Shown one piece after another: positions 1 through 13,900 of a stretch of DNA of 64,000 bases. The DNA comes from Eledone cirrhosa. Its lineage: Eukaryota. Location: contig OZ024744.1 of NCBI GenBank assembly GCA_964016885.1, positions 110,236,001 through 110,300,000 of the forward strand, written 5' to 3'. Both the position numbers and the translations under genes were made by a program. The notes under the pieces were generated by a model, which searched no databases, was not told where the DNA came from, and saw only the letters and a list, made by a program, of their open reading frames with translations. Within the stretch, counting starts at the first letter, position 1; each line of letters opens with the position of its first letter.

Positions 1-20
1 AAACTACACAATCCACTATA

Positions 21-47
21 ACTTACCTTGCCCTGAACACAGTAAAA
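21..47 (-). other. Splice-signal cassette within the monomer (first copy shown): acceptor-like TTTTACTGTGTTCAG, 6-nt GGCAAG, donor GTAAGT
   Basis: Reverse complement: CAG at 35-33, GGCAAG at 32-27, GTAAGT at 26-21. AAG|GTAAGT matches the established MAG|GTRAGT U2-type donor consensus at 9/9 positions. The motif is certain; function is unproven. Confidence 0.5.
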
Positions 48-1989
48 CTACACAATCCACTATAACTTACCTTGCCCTGAACACAGTAAAACTACACAAT
101 CCACTATAACTTACCTTGCCCTGAACACAGTAAAACTACACGATCCACTATAACTTACCTTGCCCTGAACACAGTAAAACTACACGATCCACTATAACTT
201 ACCTTGCCCTGAACACAGTAAAACTACACAATCCACTATAACTAACCTTGCTCTGAACACAGTAAAACTATACAATCCACCATAACTTACCTTGCCCTGA
301 ACACAGTAAAACTACACAATCCACTATAACTTACCTTGACCTGAACAGAGTAAAACTACACAATCCACTATAACTTACCTTGCACTGGACACAGTAAAAC
401 TACACAACCCACTATAACTTACCTTGCCCTGAACACACTAAAACTACACAATCCACTATAACTTACCTTGCACTGGACACAGTAAAACTACACAACCCAC
501 TATAACTTACCTTGCCCTGAACACAGAAAACTACACAATCCACTATAACTTAACTGGCCCTGAACACAGTAAAACTACACAATCCACCATGAATTACCTT
601 GCCCTGAACACAGTAAAACTACACAATCCACTATAACTTACCTTGACCTGAACAGAGTAAAACTACACAATCCACTATAACTTACCTTGACCTGAACAGA
701 GTAAAACTACACAATCCACTATAACTTACCTTGCCCTGAACACAGTAAAACTACACAATCCACTATAACTTACCTTGACCTGAACAGAGTAAAACTACAC
801 AATCCACTATAACTTACCTTGCACTGAAAACGGTAAAACTACACAACCCACTATAACTTACCTTGCCCTGAACATAGTAAAAGAACGTAATCCACTATAA
901 CTTACCTTCCTTTGAACACAGTAAAACTACACAATCCACTATAATTTACCTTGCCCTGAACACAGTAAAACTACAAGATCCACTATAACTTACCTTGCTC
1001 TGAACACAGTAAAACTACATAATCCACTATAACTTACCTTGCCCTGAACACAGTAAAACTAACACAATCCACTATAACTTACCTTGCCCTGAACACAGTA
1101 AAACTACACAATCCACTATAACTTACCTTGCCCTGAATACAGTAAAACTACACAATCCACTATAAATTACGTTGCCCTGAACATACTAAAACTACACAAT
1201 CTTCTATAACTTACCTTGCCCTGATCACAGTAAAACTACACAATCCACTATAACTTTCCTTGCCCTGAACACAGTAAAACTACAAAACCCACTATAACAT
1301 ACCTTGCCCTGAACACAGTAAAACTACACAATCCACTGTAACTTACCTTGCCCTGAACACAGTAAAACTACACAATCCACTATAACTTACCTTGCCCTGA
1401 ACACAGTAAAACTGCATAATCCACTATAACTTACCTTGCCGTGAACACAGTAAAACTACACAATCCACTATAACTTACCTTGCCCTGAACACAGTAAAAC
1501 TACACAATCCACTATAAATTACCTTGCCCTGAACACAGTAAAACTACACAATCCACTATAACTTACTTTGCCCTGAACACAGTAAAACTACACAATCCAC
1601 TATAATTTACCTTGCCCTGAACACAGTAAAACTACAAGATCCACTATAACTTACCTTGCTCTGAACACAGTAAAACTACATAATCCACTATAACTTACCT
1701 TGCCCTGAACACAGTAAAACTAACACAATCCACTATAACTTACCTTGCCCTGAACACAGTAAAACTACACAATCCACTATAAATTACGTTGCCCTGAACA
1801 TACTAAAACTACACAATCTTCTATAACTTACCTTGCCCTGAACACAGTAAAACTACACAATCCACTGTAACTTACCTTGCCCTGAACACAGTAAAACTAC
1901 ACAATCCACTATAACTAACCTTGACCTGAACACAGTAAAACTACACAATCCACTATAACTTACCTTGTCCTGAACAGACTAAAACTACA

Positions 1990-4900
1990 CAATCCACTAT
2001 AACTTAACTGGCCCTGAACACACTAAAACTACACAATCCACTATAACTTAGCTTGCACTGAACACAGTAAAACTACACAATCCACTATAACTTACCTTGC
2101 CCTGAACACAGTAAAACTACACAATCCACTTCAACTTACCTTGCTCTGAACACAGTAAAACTACACAATCCACTATAACTTACCTTACCCTGAACACAGT
2201 AAAATTACACAACCCACTATAACTAACCTTGCCCTGAACACAGTAAAACTACACAATCCACTATAACTTACTTTGCTCTGAACACAGTAAAACTACACAA
2301 TCCACCTTAACTTACCTTGCTCTGAACACAGTAAAACTACACAATCCACTTCAACTTACCTTGCTCTGAACACAGTAAAACTACACAATCCACTATAACT
2401 TACCTTGCCCTGAACACAGTAAAACTACACGATCCACTATAAATTACCTTGCCCTGAACACAGTAAAACTACACAATCCACTATAACTTACCTTGCCCTG
2501 AACACAGTAAAACTAAACAATCCGCTATAACTTACCTTGCCCTGAACACAGTAAAACTACACAATCCACTATAACTAACCTTTCTCTGAACACAGTAAAA
2601 CTATACAATCCACCATAACTTACCTTGCCCTGAACACAGTAAAACTACACAATCCACTATAACTTACCTTGACCTGAACAGAGTAAAACTACACAATCCA
2701 CTATAACTTACCTTGCACTGGACACAGTATAACTACACAACCCACTATAACTTACCTTGCCCTGAACACACTAAAACTACACAATCCACTATAACTTACC
2801 TTGCACTGGACACAGTAAAACTACACAACCCACTATAACTTACCTTGCCCTGAACACACTAAAACTACACAATCCACTATAACTTACCTTGACCTGAACA
2901 GAGTAAAACTACACAATCCACTATAACTTACTTTGACCTGAACAGAGTAAAACTACACAATCCACTATAACTTACCTTGACCTGAACAGAGTAAAACTAC
3001 ACAATCCACTATAACTTACCTTGCCCTGAACACTGTAAAACTACACAATCCACTATAACTTACCTTGCTCTGAACACAGTAAAACTACACAATCCAATTC
3101 AACTTACCTTGCTCTGAACACAGTAAAACTACACAATCCAATTCAACTTACCTTGCTCTGAACACAGTAAAACTACACAATCCACTTTAACTTACCTTGC
3201 TCTGAACACAGTAAAACTACACAATCCACTATAAATTACCTTGCCTTGAACACAGTAAAATTACACAATCCACTATAACTAAACTTGCCCCGAACACAGT
3301 AAAACTACACAATCCACTATAACTTACCTTGCTCTGAACACAGTAAAACTACACAATCCACTATAACTTACCTTGCCCTGAACACAGTAAAACTACGTAA
3401 TCCACTATAACTTACCTTGCCCTGAACACAGTAAAACTACACAATCCACTATAATTTACCTTGCCCTGAACACAGTAAAACTACACAATCCACTATAACT
3501 GACATTGGTCTGAACACAGTAAAACTACACAATCCACTATAACTTACCTTGCTCTGAACACAGTAAAACTACACAATCCACTATAACTTACCTTGCCCTG
3601 AACACAGTAAAACTACACAATCCACCATAACTTACCTTGCCCTGAACACAGTAAAAGAACACAATCTTCTATAACTTACCTTGCCCTGAATACAGTAAAA
3701 CTACACAATCCCCTATACCTTACCTTGCTCTGAACACAGTAAAACTACACAATCCACTATAACTTACCTTGCCCTGAACACAGTAAAACTACACAATCCA
3801 CTATAACTTAAATTGCCCAGAACTCAGTAAAACTACATAATCCACTGTAACTTACCTTGCCCTGAACACAGTAAAAGTACACAACCCACTATAACTTACC
3901 TTGCTCTGAACACAGCAAAACTACACAATCCACTATAACTTACCTTGCCCTGAACACAGTAAAACTACACAATCCACTATAACTTACCTTGCCCTGAACA
4001 CAGTAAAAGTACATAATCCACTATAACTTACCTTGCTCTGAACACAGTATAACTTACCTTGCTCTGAACACAGTAAAACTAAACGATCCAATTTAACTTA
4101 CCTTGCATTGAACACAGTAAAACTACACAATCCACTATAACTTACCTTGCTCCGAACACAGTAAAACTACATAATCCACTATAACTTACCTTGCCCTGAA
4201 CACAGTAAAACTAACACAATCCACTATAACGTACCTTGCCCTGAACACAGTAAAACTACAGAATCCACTATAACTTACCTTGCTCTGAACACAGCAAAAC
4301 TACATAATCCACTATAACTTACCTTGCCCTGAACACAGTAAAACTACACAATCCACTATAAATTACGTTTCCATGAACATACTAAAACTACACAATCTTC
4401 TATAACTTACCTTGCCCTGAACACATTAAAACTACACAATCCACTATAACTTACCTTGCCCTGAACACAGTAAAACTACACAATCCACTATAACTTACCT
4501 TGCCCTGAACACAGTAATACTACACAACCCACTATAACTTACCTTGCCCTGAACACAGTAAAACTACACAATCCACTATAACTTACCTTGCCCTGAACAC
4601 AGTAAAACTACACAATCCACTTCAACTTACCTTGCTCTGAACACAGTAAAACTACACAATCCACTATAACTTACCTTGCCCTGAACATACTAAAACTACA
4701 CAATCCACTATAACTTACCTTGCCCTGAACACAGTAAAACTACAAGATCCACTATAACTTACCTTGCTCTGAACACAGTAAAACTACACAATCCACTATA
4801 AATTACGTTGCCCTGAACACAGTAAGACTACACAATCTTCTATAACTTACCTTGCCCTGAACACAGTAAAACTACACAATCCACTATAACTTACCTTGCC

Positions 4901-7900
4901 CTGAACACAGTAAAACTACACAATCCACTATAACTTACCTTGCCCTGAACACAGTAAATCTACATAATCCACTATAACTTACCTTGCCCTGAACACAGTA
5001 AAACTACACAATCCACTATAACTTACCTTGCCCTGAACACAGTAAAACAACACAATCCACTATAAATTACCTTGCCCTGAACACAGTAAAACTACACAAT
5101 CCACTATAACTTACCTTGCCCTGAACACAGTAAAACTACACAATCCACTATAACTTACCTTGCCCTGAACACTGTAAAACTACATAATCCACTATAACTT
5201 ACCTTGCCCTGAAACAGTAAAACTACACAAACCACTATAACTTACCTTGCCCTGAACACAGTAAAACTACACAATCCACTATAACTTACCTTGCCCTGAA
5301 CACAGTAAAACTACACAATCCACTATAACTTACCTTGCCCTGAACACAGTAAAACTACACAATCCACTATAACTTACCTTGCCCTGAACACAGTAAAACT
5401 ACACGATCCACTAAAACTTACCTTGCCCTGAACACAGTAAAACTACACGATCCACTATAACTTACCTTGCCCTGAACACAGTAAAACTACACAATCCACT
5501 ATAACTAACCTTGCTCTGAACACAGTAAAACTATACAATCCACCATAACTTACCTTGCCCTGAACACAGTAAAACTACACAATCCACTATAACTTACCTT
5601 GACCTGAACAGAATAAAACTACACAATCCACTATAACTTACCTTGCACTGGACACAGTAAAACTACACAACCCACTATAACTTACCTTGCCCTGAACACA
5701 CTAAAACTACACAATCCACTATAACTTACCTTGCACTGGACACAGTAAAACTACACAACCCACTATAACTTAACTGGCCCTGAACACAGTAAAACTACAC
5801 AATCCACCATGAATTACCTTGCCCTGAACAGAGTCAAACTACACAATCCACTATAACTTACCTTGACCTGAACAGAGTAAAACTACACAATCCACTATAA
5901 CTTACCTTGACTTGAACAGAGTAAAACTACACAATCCACTATAACTTACCTTGACCTGAACAGAGTAAAACTACACAATCCACTATAACTTACCTTGACC
6001 TGAACAGAGTAAAACTACACAATCCACTATAACTTACCTTGCCCTGAACACAGTAAAACTACACAATCCACTATAACTTACCTTGACCTGAACAGAGTAA
6101 AACTACACAATCCACTATAACTTACCTTGCACTGAAAACGGTAAAACTACACAACCCACTATAACTTACCTTGCCCTGAACATAGTAAAAGAACGTAATC
6201 CACTATAACTTACCTTCCTTTGAACACAGTAAAACTACACAATCCACTATAATTTACCTTGCCCTGAACACAGTAAAACTACAAGATCCACTATAACTTA
6301 CCTTGCTCTGAACACAGTAAAACTACATAATCCACTATAACTTACCTTGCCCTGAACACAGTAAAACTAACACAATCCACTATAACTTACCTTGCCCTGA
6401 ACACAGTAAAACTACACAATCCACTATAACTTACCTTGCCCTGAATACAGTAAAACTACACAATCCACTATAAATTACGTTGCCCTGAACATACTAAAAC
6501 TACACAATCTTCTATAACTTACCTTGCCCTGATCACAGTAAAACTACACAATCCACTATAACTTTCCTTGCCCTGAACACAGTAAAACTACAAAACCCAC
6601 TATAACATACCTTGCCCTGAACACAGTAAAACTACACAATCCACTGTAACTTACCTTGCCCTGAACACAGTAAAACTACACAATCCACTATAACTTACCT
6701 TGCCCTGAACACAGTAAAACTGCATAATCCACTATAACTTACCTTGCCGTGAACACAGTAAAACTACACAATCCACTATAACTTACCTTGCCCTGAACAC
6801 AGTAAAACTACACAATCCACTATAAATTACCTTGCCCTGAACACAGTAAAACTACACAATCCACTATAACTTACTTTGCCCTGAACACAGTAAAACTACA
6901 CAATCCACTATAACTTACCTTGCCCTGAACACAGTAAAACTACACAATCCACTATAACTTACCTTGCCCTGAAACAGTAAAACTACACAAACCACTATAA
7001 CTTACCTTGCCCTGAACACAGTAAAACTACACAATCCACTATAACTTACCTTGCCCTGAACACAGTAAAACTACACAATCCACTATAACTTACCTTGCCC
7101 TGAAACAGTAAAACTACACAAACCACTATAACTTACCTTGCCCTGAACACTGTAAAACTACATAATCCACTATAACTTACCTTGCCCTGAAACAGTAAAA
7201 CTACACAAACCACTATAACTTACCTTGCCCTGAACACAGTAAAACTACACAATCCACTATAACTTACCTTGCCTTGAACACAGTAAAACTACATGATCCA
7301 CTATAACTTACCTTGCCCTGAACACAGTAAAACTACACAATCCACTATAACTAACCTTGCTCTGAACACAGTAAAACTACACAATCCACTATAACTTACC
7401 TTGCCCTGAACACAGTAAAACTACACAATCCACTAAAACTAACCTTGCTCTGAACAGAGTAAAACTATACAATCCACCATAACTTACCTTGCCCTGAACA
7501 CAGTAAAACTACACAATCCACTATAACTTACCTTGACCTGAACAGAGTAAAACTACACAATCCACTATAACTTACCTTGCCCTGAACACACTAAAACTCC
7601 ACAATCCACTATAACTTACCTTGCACTGCAAACAGTAAAACTACACAACCCACTATAACTTACCTTGCTCTGAACACAGTAAAACTACACAATCCACTAT
7701 AACTTACCTTGCCCTGAACATAGTAAAAGAACGTAATCCACTATAACTTACCTTCCTTTGAACACAGTAAAACTACACAATCCACTATAATTTACCTTGC
7801 CCTGAACACAGTAAAACTACAAGATCCACTATAACTTACCTTGCTCTGAACACAGTAAAACTACATAATCCACTATAACTTACCTTGCCCTGAACACAGT

Positions 7901-10900
7901 AAAACTACACAATCCACTATAAATTACGTTGCCCTGAACATACTAAAACTACACAATCTTCTATAACTTACCTTGCCCTGAACACAGTAAAACTACACAA
8001 TCCACTGTAACTTACCTTGCCCTGAACACAGTAAAACTACACAATCCACTATAACTTACCTTGCCCTGAACACAGTAAAACTGCATAATCCACTATAAAT
8101 TACCTTGCCCTGAACACAGTAAAACTACACAATCCACTATAACTTACCTTGCCCTGAACACAGTAAAACTACACAATCCACTATAACTTACCTTGCCCTG
8201 AACACTGTAAAACTACATAATCCACTATAACTTACCTTGCCCTGAAACAGTAAAACTACACAAACCACTATAACTTACCTTGCCCTGAACACAGTAAAAC
8301 TACATAATCCACTATAACTTACCTTGCCCTGAACACACTAAAACTACACAATCCACTATAACTTAACTGGCCCTGAACACAGTAAAACTACACAATCCAC
8401 TATAACTTAGCTTGCACTGAACACAGTAAAACTACACAATCCACTATAACTTACCTTGCCCTGAACACAGTAAAACTACACAATCCACTATAACTTACCT
8501 TGACCTGAACAGAGTAAAACTACACAATCCACTATAACTTACCTTGCACTGGACACAGTAAAACTACACAACCCACTATAACTTACCTTGCCCTGAACAC
8601 ACTAAAACTACACAATCCACTATAACTTACCTTGCACTGGACACAGTAAAACTACACAACCCACTATAACTTACCTTGCCCTGAACACAGAAAACTACAC
8701 AATCCACTATAACTTAACTGGCCCTGAACACAGTAAAACTACACAATCCACCATGAATTACCTTGCCCTGAACAGAGTCAAACTACACAATCCACTATAA
8801 CTTACCTTGACCTGAACAGAGTAAAACTACACAATCCACTATAACTTACCTTGACTTGAACAGAGTAAAACTACACAATCCACTATAACTTACCTTGACC
8901 TGAACAGAGTAAAACTACACAATCCACTATAACTTACCTTGACCTGAACAGAGTAAAACTACACAATCCACTATAACTTACCTTGCCCTGAACACAGTAA
9001 AACTACACAATCCACTATAACTTACCTTGACCTGAACAGAGTAAAACTACACAATCCACTATAACTTACCTTGCACTGAAAACGGTAAAACTACACAACC
9101 CACTATAACTTACCTTGCCCTGAACATAGTAAAAGAACGTAATCCACTATAACTTACCTTCCTTTGAACACAGTAAAACTACACAATCCACTATAATTTA
9201 CCTTGCCCTGAACACAGTAAAACTACAAGATCCACTATAACTTACCTTGCTCTGAACACAGTAAAACTACATAATCCACTATAACTTACCTTGCCCTGAA
9301 CACAGTAAAACTAACACAATCCACTATAACTTACCTTGCCCTGAACACAGTAAAACTACACAATCCACTATAACTTACCTTGCCCTGAATACAGTAAAAC
9401 TACACAATCCACTATAAATTACGTTGCCCTGAACATACTAAAACTACACAATCTTCTATAACTTACCTTGCCCTGATCACAGTAAAACTACACAATCCAC
9501 TATAACTTTCCTTGCCCTGAACACAGTAAAACTACAAAACCCACTATAACATACCTTGCCCTGAACACAGTAAAACTACACAATCCACTGTAACTTACCT
9601 TGCCCTGAACACAGTAAAACTACACAATCCACTATAACTTACCTTGCCCTGAACACAGTAAAACTGCATAATCCACTATAACTTACCTTGCCGTGAACAC
9701 AGTAAAACTACACAATCCACTATAACTTACCTTGCCCTGAACACAGTAAAACTACACAATCCACTATAAATTACCTTGCCCTGAACACAGTAAAACCACA
9801 CAATCCACTATAACTTACTTTGCCCTGAACACAGTAAAACTACATAATCCACTATAACTTACCTTGCCCTGAAACAGTAAAACTACACAAACCACTATAA
9901 CTTACCTTGCCCTGAACACAGTAAAACTACACGATCCACTATAACTTACCTAGCCTTGAACACAGTAAAACTACATGATCCACTATAACTTACCTTGCCC
10001 TGAACACAGTAAAACTACACAATCCACTATAACTAACCTTGCTCTGAACACAGTAAAACTACACAATCCACTATAACTTACCTTGCCCTGAACACAGTAA
10101 AACTACACAATCCACTAAAACTAACCTTGCTCTGAACAGAGTAAAACTACACAATCCACTATAACTTACCTTGACCTGAACAGAGTAAAACTACACAATC
10201 CACTATAACTTACCTTGCCCTGAACACACTAAAACTCCACAACCCACTATAACTTACCTTGCTCTGAACACAGTAAAACTACACAATCCACTATAACTTA
10301 CCTTGCCCTGAACATAGTAAAAGAACGTAATCCACTATAACTTACCTTCCTTTGAACACAGTAAAACTACACAATCCACTATAATTTACCTTGCCCTGAA
10401 CACAGTAAAACTACAAGATCCACTATAACTTACCTTGCTCTGAACACAGTAAAACTACATAATCCACTATAACTTACCTTGCCCTGAACACAGTAAAACT
10501 ACACAATCCACTATAAATTACGTTGCCCTGAACATACTAAAACTACACAATCTTCTATAACTTACCTTGCCCTGAACACAGTAAAACTACACAATCCACT
10601 GTAACTTACCTTGCCCTGAACACAGTAAAACTACACAATCCACTATAACTTACCTTGCCCTGAACACAGTAAAACTGCATAATCCACTATAAATTACCTT
10701 GCCCTGAACACAGTAAAACTACACAATCCACTATAACTTACCTTGCCCTGAACACAGTAAAACTACACAATCCACTATAACTTACCTTGCCCTGAACACT
10801 GTAAAACTACATAATCCACTATAACTTACCTTGCCCTGAAACAGTAAAACTACACAAACCACTATAACTTACCTTGCCCTGAACACAGTAAAACTACATA

Positions 10901-13900
10901 ATCCACTATAACTTACCTTGCCCTGAACACACTAAAACTACACAATCCACTATAACTTAACTGGCCCTGAACACAGTAAAACTACACAATCCACTATAAC
11001 TTAGCTTGCACTGAACACAGTAAAACTACACAATCCACTATAACTTACCTTGCCCTGAACACAGTAAAACTACACAATCCACTTCAACTTACCTTGCTCT
11101 GAACACAGTAAAACTACACAATCCACTATAACTTACCTTACCCTGAACACAGTAAAATTACACAACCCACTATAACTAACCTTGCCCTGAACACAGTAAA
11201 ACTACACAATCCACTATAACTTACTTTGCTCTGAACACAGTAAAACTACACAATCCACCTTAACTTACCTTGCTCTGAACACAGTAAAACTACACAATCC
11301 ACTTCAACTTACCTTGCTCTGAACACAGTAAAACTACACAATCCACTATAACTTACCTTGCCCTGAACACAGTAAAACTACACGATCCACTATAAATTAC
11401 CTTGCCCTGAACACAGTAAAACTACACAATCCACTATAACTTACCTTGCCCTGAACACAGTAAAACTAAACAATCCGCTATAACTTACCTTGCCCTGAAC
11501 ACAGTAAAACTACACAATCCACTATAACTAACCTTTCTCTGAACACAGTAAAACTATACAATCCACCATAACTTACCTTGCCCTGAACACAGTAAAACTA
11601 CACAATCCACTATAACTTACCTTGACCTGAACAGAGTAAAACTACACAATCCACTATAACTTACCTTGCACTGGACACAGTAAAACTACACAACCCACTA
11701 TAACTTACCTTGCCCTGAACACACTAAAACTACACAATCCACTATAACTTACCTTGCACTGGACACAGTAAAACTACACAACCCACTATAACTTACCTTG
11801 CCCTGAACACACTAAAACTACACAATCCACTATAACTTACCTTGACCTGAACAGAGTAAAACTACACAATCCACTATAACTTACTTTGACCTGAACAGAG
11901 TAAAACTACACAATCCACTATAACTTACCTTGACCTGAACAGAGTAAAACTACACAATCCACTATAACTTACCTTGCCCTGAACACTGTAAAACTACACA
12001 ATCCACTATAACTTACCTTGCTCTGAACACAGTAAAACTACACAATCCAATTCAACTTACCTTGCTCTGAACACAGTAAAACTACACAATCCAATTCAAC
12101 TTACCTTGCTCTGAACACAGTAAAACTACACAATCCACTTTAACTTACCTTGCTCTGAACACAGTAAAACTACACAATCCACTATAAATTACCTTGCCTT
12201 GAACACAGTAAAATTACACAATCCACTATAACTAAACTTGCCCCGAACACAGTAAAACTACACAATCCACTATAACTTACCTTGACCTGAACAGAGTAAA
12301 ACTACACAATCCACTATAACTTACTTTGACCTGAACAGAGTAAAACTACACAATCCACTATAACTTACCTTGACCTGAACAGAGTAAAACTACACAATCC
12401 ACTATAACTTACCTTGCCCTGAACACTGTAAAACTACACAATCCACTATAACTTACCTTGCTCTGAACACAGTAAAACTACACAATCCAATTCAACTTAC
12501 CTTGCTCTGAACACAGTAAAACTACACAATCCAATTCAACTTACCTTGCTCTGAACACAGTAAAACTACACAATCCACTTTAACTTACCTTGCTCTGAAC
12601 ACAGTAAAACTACACAATCCACTATAAATTACCTTGCCTTGAACACAGTAAAATTACACAATCCACTATAACTAAACTTGCCCCGAACACAGTAAAACTA
12701 CACAATCCACTATAACTTACCTTGCTCTGAACACAGTAAAACTACACAATCCACTATAACTTACCTTGCCCTGAACACAGTAAAACTACGTAATCCACTA
12801 TAACTTACCTTGCCCTGAACACAGTAAAACTACACAATCCACTATAATTTACCTTGCCCTGAACACAGTAAAACTACACAATCCACTATAACTGACATTG
12901 GTCTGAACACAGTAAAACTACACAATCCACTATAACTTACCTTGCTCTGAACACAGTAAAACTACACAATCCACTATAACTTACCTTGCCCTGAACACAG
13001 TAAAACTACACAATCCACCATAACTTACCTTGCCCTGAACACAGTAAAAGAACACAATCTTCTATAACTTACCTTGCCCTGAATACAGTAAAACTACACA
13101 ATCCCCTATACCTTACCTTGCTCTGAACACAGTAAAACTACACAATCCACTATAACTTACCTTGCCCTGAACACAGTAAAACTACACAATCCACTATAAC
13201 TTAAATTGCCCAGAACTCAGTAAAACTACATAATCCACTGTAACTTACCTTGCCCTGAACACAGTAAAAGTACACAACCCACTATAACTTACCTTGCTCT
13301 GAACACAGCAAAACTACACAATCCACTATAACTTACCTTGCCCTGAACACAGTAAAACTACACAATCCACTATAACTTACCTTGCCCTGAACACAGTAAA
13401 AGTACATAATCCACTATAACTTACCTTGCTCTGAACACAGTATAACTTACCTTGCTCTGAACACAGTAAAACTACACGATCCAATTTAACTTACCTTGCA
13501 TTGAACACAGTAAAACTACACAATCCACTATAACTTACCTTGCTCCGAACACAGTAAAACTACATAATCCACTATAACTTACCTTGCCCTGAACACAGTA
13601 AAACTAACACAATCCACTATAACGTACCTTGCCCTGAACACAGTAAAACTACAGAATCCACTATAACTTACCTTGCTCTGAACACAGCAAAACTACATAA
13701 TCCACTATAACTTACCTTGCCCTGAACACAGTAAAACTACACAATCCACTATAAATTACGTTTCCATGAACATACTAAAACTACACAATCTTCTATAACT
13801 TACCTTGCCCTGAACACATTAAAACTACACAATCCACTATAACTTACCTTGCCCTGAACACAGTAAAACTACACAATCCACTATAACTTACCTTGCCCTG

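Noticed and set aside
17-22. TATA box or bacterial -10 element (TATAAC, variants TATAAA and TATAAT)
   Set aside because: A short AT-rich motif expected by chance, with no other promoter context or downstream gene.
18-30. U1 snRNA gene or pseudogene array
   Set aside because: The match is limited to ACTTACCT; no U1 stem-loops, Sm site or full-length body follow.
1-176. Centromeric function from 4 x 44 = 176 bp nucleosome-like periodicity
   Set aside because: No 4-monomer higher-order pattern is visible in the variants and no recognisable CENP-B box; the number alone is not evidence. CENP-A ChIP would be needed.
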